Positions 24,301 through 37,777 of a stretch of 64,000 bases of DNA are shown here, piece by piece (the first letter of the stretch is position 1; each line of letters starts with the position of its first letter). The notes under the pieces are model-generated. The model made no database searches, was not told where the DNA came from, and saw only the letters and a program-made list of their open reading frames with translations. The translations under genes and the position numbers were made by a program. This stretch comes from Phallusia mammillata (Eukaryota): assembly GCA_965637545.1 (NCBI GenBank), contig OZ281494.1, positions 7,812,001 through 7,876,000 on the forward strand, written 5' to 3'.

Positions 24301-27300
24301 CCTATATTAAAGTAAGTTTGTGCAATGGAATACACATATGTGTTTTATTTTATAACGTAATAAAGTAGCATCGTAATGTTAACACAAAATGTGCTGGCAA
24401 AAACTGTTTGCACATACGTTAAACATAAGCCTTCTTTGCATCGGTATGACTAGTGCTCTATGGAACACCGGTCGAAAATGGCTGGTTTAACACAATGGGT
24501 TTAAACAGCAAATAAGAATGTAATTGCGTGGGCCTGTTGCTCACAAAACAGTAGTTAAGTATGAGATTGGTGGTTCATTGCATCAATACAAAATTTCGTT
24601 GTTTCGCAAGAATATTTTTATGCGCAAAGTGTTCCGCTGCACAAAAAATGTGTAGAAAAACACTAGTGTAACTAAATTCATGCATTAATCCAAGGTCTAC
24701 AAATCGCCCCGCCTCCCGACCACAGTGTGTTCGACGTGACAACGTTTTTGTCTGAAACCAACAATCTGACGGTGAGCGGCCGTCTCACTATAGTAGAGGA
24801 TCCCTGGGATGAAGAACTCCTCAACCGCTTACTACCTCCACAGTTTGCTAAGAACCTGCATGTCATACACGGCAAAACCCCAGTGGCGAGAAAGGGCAGT
24901 ACGCTAAACCTCGGTGAGTCAAAAGCATTTTTTATCTTTTTCGCTTGTGTTTAAATAAGCGTTGTAAGTCGGCTCGGTCTTAAGTGTAAATAAAACAGGT
25001 TTGGTTAGGGTTTGGCTTCACACAATTTGTGTCTTAATTTTACGTTGGAAAGTCTAAAAAGATACTATCGGGCTTTTTTATTTGGTATAAATATCAGTTA
25101 TGGCCCGATACGTTTGATACAGTTTTTTTCAATACAGGATACAGTTTAAGTTAACGGTGTGTTTTAAACCTGTTTTAATAGTGCAAAGCTGTTTAATGTC
25201 AAGCAGAACTTGAAACGCTTTAAACTGATACACAGTTTTTCTCTGTAGTTTAAGTGAACGCCGCACTTCAAAGCCTTAAGCTGTCAAGTTGTAATGCTAT
25301 AGAAACGTTTAAGGCGGTTTGCTTAACATTCACTTGTCATTACAGGAGATACGACTTACCATTTAGCAGACATGCTTGGACGTGGTGGGTTTGCTAAAGT
25401 CTACAAGGCAACGGTTGAAGGCAAAAGCAACACAATTGCCGCTGTCAAGGTACGGAAACCACATGTTACTGATATTTCCCCTCAATGAGTAAATGTACAG
25501 TGAGCCAATCTTGATTTTAAGTGGTTAGCTAGGGCACGTGATCCGCAACAACGTTTTGATTGGTCAGAGCATTTGAGTTGCGGCTGAAACTAGACACAAC
25601 TAAAGCTAAAATAGTCGATCAGAACGTTCCTAAGGCCAAGATGTTGGACATGTTTTTAATAGTTTCTCTTATATTTTCTTGACCTGGGATAAGCAGTTTC
25701 AAAGACGGCGAATTATTACGTCATATAGCCCTTTGTTATGTTTTATTACGTCGCAGATTCAGTCTCCACCCCATATATGGGAGAGCTACATCGTATCAGA
25801 GGCAAAAAGAAGATGCAATTCCGACAGTTTTCGATCTTCTCTCCTGCAAATCCACGCAACAAGTGTCTTCCCCGAAGCTTCGTTTATCGTCAGCGAGTTT
25901 TTGTCGGGAGGAACTCTTCTGGTAAGCTTATTGATGAAATTAGGCCGTGTTTGTACTTGTTTAGAGCTACTTGTGCACTGTTAACTTCATAGCACGAAAA
26001 ACAGAAATTGTACTATTACAATACTTGCGATATAAAGTATGGGTCAACAACTGCACTGCGGACCGTTTTAAAACTGAAATTTTATCGCGGAACGACCTCT
26101 AAAAAAACAACAAATGTTCAGAAATCAGAATTTAATTCATAACTTTCATTCAACGACAACGTTGAACGTCCCCTCACGTCTAGTCTGGTGCAATTTGCCC
26201 ATATAATTTCTAAGCATTATACTTACACTTTAGTGAATATTTCTTGTGGACAAACTGTTACCAATCGTTACCTGCAAATGTAATGTGTTGTATAGTTTGA
26301 TTTCAACATTTTGATCAGAGACATTGGTGCTATATCTAGTTGTTAAAACACATACAAAATATATCACTTTGTGGCTGTTAACATTGATTTTTGAATGCAG
26401 GAGTTCGTGAGGGATTGCGCTGTTCATTCACGTGTCATTGACGACATTGACATCACCTTCAAGGTCATGAAGATCGTGAATTCGCTTCACGAAGCTGGGA
26501 TTATTCACGGTGATATCAAACCCGATAACTTTATGGTGGTCTCAGAAAGAGAGTAAGTGGCGAAATGAGTTTGTTTTTTGTATGTAAACCTGCTCATAAG
26601 TCACGTGATAAAAATACTTTAGTTTAAATCGTTTCTGTAATTGTGTTAATTTTCCGTTTTCTGTGGCTGATACCATATTCAGTGATGAGTTTTTTGCATA
26701 ATTTTTCCTAAAACTACCGTCGCGTACTCGGTGGTATAGCATTTTGAAAAGTTTGGTCGTCTTTTTTGCGACTGTTTTGGATCGTGATTTTTTTTTTTGA
26801 GGACTTAGCCATTTTTGTTAAAAACGCAATAAATTATCCAATGGCAACATAAAGGCTATGTTTTAAACGAAGTCGGATAATTTGTTACCGACCCCACAGC
26901 CTTGTTTCAACAGCATATACAACCACATGTATATCCACACGTTTCAACACAACAACCTGAATAACACGGTCTTATGTTTTCATTTCTAGTCCTTGCAAAG
27001 GAAGGCTCGGTCCTCTCGCTCCTGTGCTGAAACTGATAGATTTCGGAAGAGCTATCGACATGAAAGCTTTTCCTGCAGGGACCGCATTCAAGAAGAATTG
27101 CGGCACTAGTGGATTCGTCTGTTCCCAAATGATGGACAAACTGCCGTGGAATTATCACGTAAGTATAAATGAGTTCCTATTTTTATCTTCGAGTCAATGT
27201 GGAAACTGCATGTTATCTGTACTTAATGCTTAAAGTTGTGAGTTGAGTTTTCATGACAAGTTTTACAGAATTGAAACTATTACATCGCTTGTTTTCAGTT

Positions 27301-28391
27301 AAATCGTACAAAAAGCGCTGACTACACATACGAATATAGTTGCTTTCCAATTATTTTGCAAATCATCTGGTACAAACCACTATAACACACAGTAACGTTG
27401 GCACGATATAAGCCAATATCATTTAGACATCACAAGTAAAGAGGCGCGGTGTTTAGAAGATTGCCGACCCATGGGTTACACCAATTAAGATGCTTTTCGG
27501 CCATCGTGTTCGTTAACGATACAACCTGAAATGTTAACATCCAGTTGCAGTAAATTGCTTCAAGCCAAATAACCACCAAACTTGTACACAGTTTTCATTT
27601 GTTTGGAAACATTAACCAAGCCTTGCATTAACCCTTGTACTCTTGTCCATAGACTGATTTCCATGGCCTGGCTGGTACTATTCATGTCGTTCTTTACAAC
27701 TGCTATATGACGATCATTAAACAAAATAGCGGAGAGTGGAGCATTACGAAGAGTTTTCCCAGGTATGTGTTATTAACGCTGAATTCTGGTAGAGGGTGCG
27801 AAAAGTTTGACCAAGATGGGGGTGTGAATTATTATGTAAAGTTGATAGTATTGAGCAATCCAGTATTGGCAATCAATACATTTTTTGTATTAGGCAATTT
27901 TTTGTACACATTTAAAACAACAGACAACCTTGAACTGATTTGTTTTGACCTAGAACCCTTTGCTGTACGTATATCGATTCTAAAAGTGGTAAAAACGAAT
28001 TTGGATGTGTCCAGCTTGCATACTTTTTTGGGGCACATTCATGACACAACATAAGCCACGGACTAAAAGGAACTGCTAAATCTAATCTCAGTCTTTGTAA
28101 TAAAACCATAGCTACATTGGTTTATTTTTGGCACGAAACGCCGTTTGAGCCTAGTTTGCTAATAAACGGTGTATGATATGCCTGTTTTCTCAAAAAAGCG
28201 GATTGTACTTGTTGAATACTCTTGCCATTTGCGGGTGTATTTATGGTTCTATGTTTTGCAGGGGAAACCGTCACCTGTGGTCAAGTTTTTTCAAATCGCT
28301 GCTCAACGTTTCAACCCCAACAGACGAAAATCCATTTGTTGAGTCACCTCTACCCAATCTACTTCAACTGTTTGGTGAAGCGGCCACTTAA
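15371..28391 (+). CDS. BUB1: Spindle checkpoint kinase BUB1/BUBR1 (MadBub), multi-exon
   Basis: KEN1 SKENVQPLRTGR (15413), TPR region DPIDAWDKYLKW, KEN2 (17988), FAIYQ/FEIFCD ABBA-like, GLEBS EFSPEEIMA, PSPTIFTKEA, kinase LGRGGFAKVY, AVK, HGDIKPDN (26506), DFG (27039); not every internal exon boundary resolved. Confidence 0.9.
16744..17137. mobile_element. hAT-type MITE (family of 4115-4531) in BUB1 intron
   Basis: TIR tagtgatggga/tcccatcacta; TSD tggcactg/tggcattg (7/8); long near-identical internal sequence. Confidence 0.9.
19900..19998. mobile_element. 99-bp hAT-type MITE
   Basis: Ends tagtgatg/catcccta; perfect TSD atttgaat; matches both ends of 23364-23741 in reverse orientation. Confidence 0.85.
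23364..23741. mobile_element. hAT-type MITE in BUB1 intron
   Basis: TIR tagggatg/catcccta; perfect TSD gtccaaac. Confidence 0.9.
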
Positions 28392-29119
28392 AAGCACTTT
28401 GTGCCAAAGGTTTTCTATCAGTAGAAAGACGCTTGAATATTACACCGCTGCCAAATTTTTACGGTTCTTCGTCATGTAAGGTTTATATACTTTTCTGCTT
28501 GTACAAACCCTATTGGCGCTGTTCTTTACTTTGTGAATACCTTGTCTGTATCATTTTATCCATGTATTTCTTACAGCTGTTTACTTGCGTAATTTACGTG
28601 AAGTACAAGTGTTGCAGGTTATTTGACCTTGTTTTTAACTATTGGTGACTGTTGGAAAATGTACACTACTTGCAAAAGTAGTTTGTGCCTAAAACTAGAA
28701 AATATTAGCATTTTCCACAACTCGTACCAGTGTAGAACAGTTTGAAACTGTTTCTGACGACTACAAAGAAACCCATATTGAATACAGATTTTTGCACTAA
28801 ATTATGAAATGATAAGGCAGTTTTTTCGATAGTCGTATGTTCTTGTCAAACGAAGTACGAATATAATCAAGGGAGCAACATATAGCAAACAAAGGACCAG
28901 GCTCCACTGAGATAACTACACTCTTTATTTAGTGGTTTCCTAGAAGCGTTTAATTAAAAACAGGCCTGGTTTATCACCAATTAGTAGTGGTTAACTTCAA
29001 AACCATTAAATCACAACGCAAGTACAAAATCAGCGTTGAAACCACACCTAATTTACACAAGTTGTTAATAATTAATCTGCGGTGGGCCCGTGGTTCATTT
29101 AGTTCAAACGACATGGTTC

Positions 29120-29533
29120 ATTATATTAACTGTTCAAACATGCACTGTGAAAGGACGTTGGTCTTTACTTTCGTTGTAGATATGTATCCGTATTACATAC
29201 ACAACTGCTACCTGGACGAAAATTCCTTTGTGTATACGACAAAAAATTTCGACATGCATTTGTCAGTAGATAAATTTTTAATGACTGGATTTTAAATCAC
29301 CTTCTTCTTGTGACGTTAATGTGACGATAGCTGCCGGAAAATGTTTTCCCATTTACCTGTTGTATATCATCAAGTTACAGTTGTTAATATTTATGGGTAA
29401 TTTGATCGCCTTACGTTCATTTGAATTCAGAACAAAACTAGTCGAAGTACTGGTGCAGGAACACAGAGCGATACCACATCCATATTAATGTAACGTAGGC
29501 GGTGATAATCCTTCCTCTGGGGTATCAAATATT
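29120..29533 (-). pseudogene. Decayed Rho-family small GTPase remnant
   Basis: With frameshifts: IFDTP-EE-DYHRLR-YINMDVVSLC (cf. LFDTAGQEDYDRLRPLSY..TDV.L.C), later KHFPAAIV and MFEQL; multiple stops. Confidence 0.5.
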
Positions 29534-30210
29534 CTGTTAAATCAGGAATCGTATCGGTGTTCTAATGTTTTTCATTCGACACAAAATGACCTGTTCTAGC
29601 AAATCAAAAATTAATCGCACGCGCTAAAGTCGCCTGAAGCCTTCGTCTTGGGATTAACGCAAATCCGGATATTTACTTCAAAGACGGATTTTTCACCTCG
29701 ACAAGCGCTAATCAGTTTTCGGCAGCAACGTTGCAAAGTGTAGATATCTCTTGGATCAGTTCACACTTCGAAAAAGCAAAACCCATACTAAATTGGCGCT
29801 GGAAAAATATACACTTAGAAAGGTTTACCACAAAACAATGTTTGTTAAACGTGTTGCAACGCGTCGTGTTTAACACCACACCACAAAGACTATTATGGTA
29901 TCAATTATTTAGTTCGTGTGATTAGGCCTAATTTTGCACAGTGTTTTGGTTAATTGAAAGCACAGATTTAAAGAGATTTAGTTTCGTTAAAGTGAAAAAC
30001 TACTAGTGTTATTACACCAACGTACACTTATTCGCCATGATTTGATATTAGAAAACCTAAGGGTTCCTTTTCAACACAAGAATCGTGACACAATTAAAAT
30101 GTCTTTTCGTAGTTTCTTTTTCGCTTGGCTTTGCTCATAAAGAAGTTGAACAACATGTTTTTGTGGCTTTGAGCATAATGTGTACTTTTACACAAAATGA
30201 ATTAACACAA

Positions 30211-30515
30211 GCCGTCAGGTTGGCCGAGTGGTTAGCGCAACCGCCTTGTGATCACAAGGTCATCGGTTCTAATCCTATCTCGGTCGCTTGTGTTTCCTTG
30301 AGCAAGAAACTTAAACGGCATTGCTCCAAACCAGTGGTTCCCGATGGGTTGAACTAAATTGAAGTCACCGACTGCCTAAAAACCGAAAAAATCAAATACA
30401 AAATGATCAACGGACGTGCAATAAAAACAGGCATCTCGAAGGCGGACTCATTGTGAGCATAACGCATTCAGGCGTGGCCCGCCCACCGATGATAAAAATG
30501 AAACAAACAACAACT
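30211..30515 (+). mobile_element. tRNA-derived SINE
   Basis: A box TGGCCGAGTGGTTAG, B-box-like GGTTCTAATCC, body gcttgtgtttccttgagcaagaaacttaa..ttgctcc, A/C-rich tail. Confidence 0.65.
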
Positions 30516-32475
30516 TACCGGCACAGCTCTTTTGCCGGCACAAGGCCTAATTTGGCATTTAACACCCTTAGCAAACATGAAATCGTCCATTACAGAACCT
30601 TATAAGTTCTCGATAAACTTTACGACATTTGACGCAACTATGCCAACATAAATGATCAAATAAATATCTGGACACAGCGCGGGCAGTGTAAACCAAAGTC
30701 TATATGTAAACGACAGGCAGCGACGTCAAATTAAACAGCTTCAAGTCGAGGCGGCATCGGACTTGAGTTGAATAAAACGGGTTCGATTTGGGCTTGACTT
30801 ACTCTCAACCTCAGGACTTTGTTTTAAAAATGTGTGGAGCCGAGTTTAGGGCGGTTCTGTGGGAAACTAAGCAAAACAAAGCTTGGATTATTTGTTACTA
30901 ACTTTGTCAATATTATGTGGCTGGCGTTCGTAACATTGTGAAAGCGATATAAATCAAATCATGTTTATCTCCCAAAAATATTAAACATTTCCCACATTAC
31001 CAAAATTTACTGCCGTTTGGAAACCTGGAGTTAAGGATACTAAGCGATTTCGGGTAACCCGCTTATCCACCTGTATACAGTATACTTAAAGTAGCCCTTC
31101 AAACTTTTAATATCGGCGCTCATGCTCCTCCAGTCGTGGCGGATTCAAGTTCTAACGCAGTTAAGTTTTCACCACGTCTTCAAGATTACGCCACCCGTCG
31201 TAGCTAATTTGACTCTTGCGAACCTGCGGTTTCAACCACAAAAGACTAAATTATTGTTATCGTTGTAAAACGCTGTTTCCGTTATTGTTCCATTATTTTC
31301 AGAGGGAATAGCGACATAGGTTTCACAAATTTGTATTTTCACAATTTTGTGCTGTATTTTGTGCTGTTTACCGCAACATACAAACCAGCCGTTATTGGTT
31401 ATGTGTATCAATACAACAAACAAACTACAAATATACCAATTAACAATCCATTGTTCAGAGGTATTTGCGGTCATCAAGAATCACGGCTTTTTGTGCAAAC
31501 GTCATAGTTGGTTGCCATAGACTACGTAAACATAGCGGGCATCATGTGCTCGTCTGGTGACTTTGTTTGTGAACACATTCGCCTTGACGTCAGAGTTGAC
31601 GTCGCACGTACAGCTCAGCTAAAGAACACTTTGTGTTGACGACAGGGTGAGGTTTGTACCAGATTTCAAAAGAATATGGAAACCCCGCCACACCTTATTT
31701 GGAAGGTGATGAATGGTGTAAAATCGTTTTTGTCATTGTGCACAAGCAACTTCATTCACTGGTATAACTGAGCGTCCATTTTCTCACATTTTTTGTCAAT
31801 TGTTCAGCCACAGGTTGTCTAGTACAAAGAAACTTTGTCATCATCAAAGTCTCACCATTTGTTGTGCATGTGATATTGCATCATCGATAATAATTGGTAC
31901 AAGTCGTTAGGGCAAAATCCCTCATCTATCAAACCATACAATACTGACTATACAAACAAAGTGTCCAGCATGTGCCAACCTTTTGATGGTTATGTTATTG
32001 AAAACAAATATGCCTTGACGTCAAAGGTACTGGCGTAAAGTTTAAACACAATTTTTTGATAAAAGTTTGGTAGTTGATGGCATTATCACATTTGTTAGCC
32101 CTTATCTGTAAACGTAAAGCTCTTCATCCGGCGACACATCGATGCGTCTAGGTGGATTTGCGTAAGTTTTGTAATCACAAGATTAGAGAGGGTCGACATG
32201 GCAATAATTCGGACGTGTGTAACGCAATGTGTATATCTCAGTTTCAGGTTTCGCTTTTCAAAGCATCCTATTGTGATTTTCAACTTTCAGAAACCGACTA
32301 ACATAACGTATACGAAAAACGATTTTAAAACTGGGCTGATTGCTTTACATACAGCCAACAAAGGGATATTATTAAACCAATCTGCCCAGGTCAACAAAAC
32401 TCATCCGTCAAAATGCACACACCGGCACCCAACAACCGGGAAATTTAGCCCAAAATACCCGCTGCACTTGCTTTG

Positions 32476-33246
32476 ATGGCTGAACCCAATCTAGCACAAG
32501 TTCAAACTGGTACAGCATCTTACCAACAACCTGTGGTACCCCCGCCAAGTGTTACAGCTTCTACACGCGCCATCAAACGCTTTCGTGGCGACTTAAAGGT
32601 TTCAAACTATACTGATAATACCACCAGCACACCACAAAGTCATCATTACCTTGTGTTGGCCCGATCAACTGCCACAAGCAAAGTGACCGATTGCGAACGT
32701 TTCGAAGGAATCGCCTCAATTGGCCGTCACACAGAATTATTGCAAGTCTCCGTCAGTTTGCCGAGGCAGGACTTTATTATCCAGGAATGGACCTGTTGCG
32801 AAAACAAAGGTGATGTTAGTTTACACAATGTATGCCATGAAGCAAACAAAAACAAAGGTAATATTATTTATTTATGCAGGATATCCGGATACATGGGCGC
32901 CGCCACGTAGGGGCAAGAGGGGGCACTTGCCCCCCCTTGGAATTTCAGTGTACCTCAATGTAACATATTTAGCAGCAAACCTAATTAAATTGGCAGCGCG
33001 GGGATTTGTGACATCGTTCAATGCTTTAACTTTTAGGCAACTCAATTGTGAAGTACACGATTTATGACCTCATATGTAACAAATTCTTGATGCAGTAAAG
33101 TATCAGCCAAAATTTGCCCCCTCTTGCAAAATTTTCTGCCGGCGCCCATGTCCGGAGAGAGTCAAGTACTGGTATTGTAACGGAGGACTGCAAAACTGGC
33201 AACAAAATGACGACCCATGGTTCGAACACTCAAAGTGGTTTCCGTC
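32476..33246 (+). pseudogene. BIR-domain (IAP-like) pseudogene
   Basis: DRLRTF..NWP..IAS..QFAEAGLYYPG then [33 protein letters not shown] after removing a MITE; frameshift, GA in place of GT donor at 32785, Tyr at a Zn-ligand Cys position. Confidence 0.85.
32892..33150. mobile_element. hAT-type MITE inserted in the BIR exon
   Basis: TIR catgggcgcc/ggcgcccatg; TSD tccggata/tccggaga. Confidence 0.85.
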
Positions 33247-35429
33247 GTAAGTTATTTTTTCTACCTTCTTGACAACATTTTTCAATGTCTTTTGTAAAAT
33301 CCTATTAATTGCGAGTATTTGTTACAAAATAAAGGAGTCGTTTTGTATACGAAATTGTACACAAATTTCCAAAATTAAACCGCGTAGTTTCTCGCTGTGG
33401 TTCCTTTCTACTTTCACATACAACGCAAGCTTGACGCTGTCGTTCAAGAGCGCTGTCTAGTTAAGTTGAGTGTATTTCCCGCATTGTTGAGTATATTTCC
33501 CGCTTTCCATATGATAAAAAACAAAGTAAGATGCCACATTAAAAGCGTTGCCAAAAACATAAGGGTACAAAGCGAAGGTTCCTCTCGGTAAAACCGCCGT
33601 TTATTGATGAAAGTGAGCTAACATTCATTCCGATTTCCAGTAAACAATGTAAAGCAGAAAGATAATGGACAGAGAAAAGTGCGTCATATCGTTACACTAT
33701 AGCCTGGTATGACATTGTGGCTCGTAGAGGTCATCAAAGTCATGCACTGTGCAAACGTCATAGTTGGTTGTCATTGACTACGCAAACGTAACGGACATCA
33801 TATGCCCGTTTTTTGTTGGTTTTGATGTCAGAGTTGGTGGCGTAAAGTTTTAACACCAACGGACCAAGAAAGAGGCTACATTACAAGTAAGGCTTACCGA
33901 AAGACCACTGTATGTTGACGACAGAGTGATGTTTGTATCAGATTTCGAAATCATATGGAAACCCCGTGACACCTAATTGGAAGTTGCTGAATCGCGTAAC
34001 GCTAGTCGTTCTTGTCATTATGCAACTGTAGCTTCGTCCATTGGTAGATGAAGGGGAATGTTTTCCTCAACTTTGGTCATTGGTTTAACCACGTGTTAGA
34101 CACACTCACAGACACATTAACGAAAATCTAGAAAAACGCATTTTTTTGCAAACGGTGAAAGAATTGTGAGCTCGGACATATTCACACCATTTTTCTGCTT
34201 CAGTTATTTTTAAGCTGCTCGCTAGCCATAGAGAAGGTTCCATACAGTTCCATACCTTATTTACTGTTTGTTAAACAAATACGCCCTCCTCATTACCTTG
34301 TAAAGCAGAAAGATAATCGACAGAGCAAAGTGCACCATATCGTTACACTATAACCTGGTAGGACATTGTGGCTCGTAGAGGTCATCAAGAATCACGTCAT
34401 TCATTGTGCAAACGTCATACAGGCCCAGTAGCCATTGGCTATAGAAAACATAGCAGACATCATACGATCGTCTTTTGTTGGTTTGGTGTTGAAACACAGA
34501 CGCCTTGACGTCAGAGGTGATGGCGTATAGCTTTCACACAAATGTTTGTGATGAACAGGCAAACAAAAACATGTTTATTATTCGAGAAAGAAGGCTACGT
34601 TACACGTATGGCTCGGTCAAAAGCCACTTTATGTTGACGTCAGGGGGACAGTTGTATCAGATTTCAAAGTATTCAGAAAACCCACAACACCTTCATTGGA
34701 AGGTATTGAACATTGTGTCCAAATCTTTTAACCACTTTGGGACTCGTAAAGTTGGATACAAACCAAGATTACGGACCTGATAAAAAATGTTTGACATTTA
34801 ATAATAACAAGAAACTAACGGCGTTATCACTGTTGTTTGCCCTTATCTGTTAACGTGAGCTCTTCATCCGGCGTTACACTGAAACGTCGAGTTTGATTTG
34901 CGTAAGTTTTGTAATCATGAGATAAGAGAGGGTCGGTATGGCAATGAATCGGACGTATGTGAAGCAATGTGTATGTCTCGGTTTGAGGTTCCGCTTTCGA
35001 AAGCATCCTAACCCGATTTCACCTTTCAAAAAAATGACAAATATGTTGTAGAATACAGTGTTAGTTTTGACACAATGCCACCTATAGTTCTTGACAAACA
35101 AAAACAACTTGGATATTTTTCATAAAACCGTTCTTCGCCGTTTTGCGACAGCCATTGACACGTAGTTTACCCAAACAATGATCTCTTTGTATGGTCCATT
35201 TGTACATATGTTTATCAATATTTTTTGTCATTTCTTGTCTGGAAAGCAAACTGTGCACTATGACAAAGACCGAGATTCCAAGTGACTAAAACAAACCAAT
35301 AGCAGCAGGTTGATGTATAACGCGATCACTCTATGATCATGTCGCGTTATCCAAAAAACGTAATGCAAACCTAGCGAAAAATCTTTTTGTGCATCGACAT
35401 TGAAAAGAAAACAAAACATTTAAAAAAGG

Positions 35430-35690
35430 GGTGTGTCTTGGTGCTAAGGGGCGCGACCATATTCGGACGCTGATTGGTTGGCCACCGTAAAAAGGAAAAT
35501 AAAACATTTGAAAACACGAACCGCGGCAGTTGAAGTCAAAGTCCAATGAAACGCCGTTACAGTCACGGTATTATTCAACCAATCAGCGTTAGAATACCAC
35601 CCCCTCTGCACGCAACCAATGACCCATAATATAATTTTCTGCCTGAAAAGTTACAACACCCCTTGCGCCCAGCCAATCAGATCAAGACAC
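35430..35690. promoter_or_regulatory. CCAAT-box cluster with CACACCC element
   Basis: ATTGG at ~35473; CCAAT at 35579, 35616, 35673; related modules at ~39810-39860 and ~40605-40650. Confidence 0.4.
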
Positions 35691-37303
35691 GTGCCAAGCT
35701 TACAAAAAAAACGGCTACCCCAGCTCTAAGTGTAACCCCCTCACGCCGGGTATTATTTTGGCAAATGGTGCAACAATTTTGTGTTAAGCCTAAATATTTC
35801 CAGCCCAATCAAATATGTGGCTCACTCCAAACTAACGTAGGCCTATTACCGACAAAAATGACAAAAAAATTTACAAAATGGCAGCCCACGCGAAACGAAC
35901 AAAGTTACCCTTAACATTAAAACCTACGCTAGATAAAAGTAAGGCTCCTGCAAACGTACATAGCGTGTTTGTGAGTGTGTTGCAAAGACATGGTAGTAAT
36001 TCAGTCACGCGTAAACACAGTGTCAGAAGAGCTTTAAGCACCGATATTATCCCACCCGCTTTCAAGCTTATCCTACCCGTTCCGCTTTCGAAAGCAAAAC
36101 CAATTCCTTTTTTGATTTCTGCGGAAACGATCTGTCCTGATCAATTGATAGTCGTGCAATTAATCCCTTTAAAGACAAGTGCCGTTAACAACGCATGCGT
36201 AAAAGCGAACCACAATACTTCAGGTATAAGAGCGTAAGTTACGGTCTTTGGCTCAATTCACCACAAACAAACGAAGTAACACCTACAAAGTTTTATGTCC
36301 CAACAACTTGCAATAAACTGAATGTTTGACAATTTTTGCCACATTCAATCACAATTGATATAAACACGTTTCAGTAAAAGGTAAACATTGTGGCAGAGAA
36401 CTATTTCATCCAAATTCTTATAAGGTGCAATTATTTCGTGTGGTTCGTTGGTATTTTTACCAATGTGTTTGTTCCTTTTATTATTTGGGTAACACCATTT
36501 GGACATTCCAGACACGCTGAGCATTCAGAAGTCCTAAACCACACATTCTCTGGTCTGAACTAAACATCGCAACAGCTTCACGTCACGGTACAACGGATGC
36601 GGAATCACTTTTGTCGACCAATTTTGCTTCAGCTCACGCGAGTTCGCAAATTTGTTCTCTTTCTACTTTCGGGGCAAAGTAGGCGCGTGGTCCTCTCGAC
36701 GAATCACAGGTAGCGAAGGGAATCGAAAAAGTTTCTTTGCGACTATATTATTCTTTTGTAGATTGGACACCTACCAACGACAGTTGGTGTTTGTTTGTGC
36801 AATAGTTTCTGGTATAGATTTTTTAAACGCTGCCAGAGGTTTATAAGGACCCTGGTTTAAAGTCACTGACCCAAAAGAACTTTGGAACGTATCGTTACAT
36901 ATCACATATTTCGCAAAGCTGACCTCGAAACCAACATTAACATGCACATAAAGTCAAATCTGGCAATATACTTATTTTACTGGTTAGAGAGCCCAAAATT
37001 GTTGACCGAGCAGTCTAGTTAAATGCCTTGTTGTCATGCATACAAAAGCATAGAGACCTGTACACCTCAGTGTTTAAAATCGCAACGATCGGCCTGTTTG
37101 CTTTCAAGCGTGCAAGAAAAAGGCGACACATGTACTTTCATCATTGTTGTAACAGAACGTCTGCACTCTGGAGTTTATTTGCTATAATAGTCAGCACTCA
37201 GCGTATACTTATTCCTGTGTTGTGCTTTCGTGTCAAATAATCGTGAATTTGAGCCGCTCATTGTTAAACCACCAGTTTTTTTGAATTTAGGCTGCATTTA
37301 AAC

Positions 37304-37777
37304 CAGGGGTCTCAAACTCAAACTTCCTTGAGGGCCAAAAAAAAATTGTTAAGTTAGTCGAGGGCCGCACTATTGGAACTTTTCTTCGAGTAATAGCAAC
37401 AAAAATATTATGTGCTTGAAAACATTTTTATGTGATAAACAAGAAACGTATAAACAGTGTAGCAAAGTGAAAGAACCAACTGTACTTTACTAACTATACG
37501 TGAAAACAATGGCATACAATGACGAAACAATCGAAAAATATGAATCAACAATGGGAATTGCTAATTCTTAACTGGACGAACCATTTCGATCATACTCCTA
37601 AACGTTTCATTAATTTTTAGCTATCACTAATTTCGAATGACTGTTTCTTGTAATCGGTGGTCTGACAAGGTATTCCACCTGAGTTAAACACTTATATTTT
37701 AAAAATTGGTTCGCGGGCCGCACAAAAACCCTTGGAGGGCCGCATGCGGCCCGCGGGCCGCGTGTTTGAGACCCCTG
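37304..37777. mobile_element. hAT/Buster(Charlie)-like MITE
   Basis: TIR caggggtctcaaac/gtttgagacccctg; perfect TSD atttaaac. Confidence 0.92.

Noticed and set aside
25501-25570. Internal promoter in a BUB1 intron (opposed CCAAT boxes and CACGTG)
   Set aside because: Short motifs only, no other support
34380-34480. Polinton/Maverick packaging ATPase (YSQW..YD..VILDDL on minus strand)
   Set aside because: Spacing too short, no Walker A, and the frame breaks in sister copies
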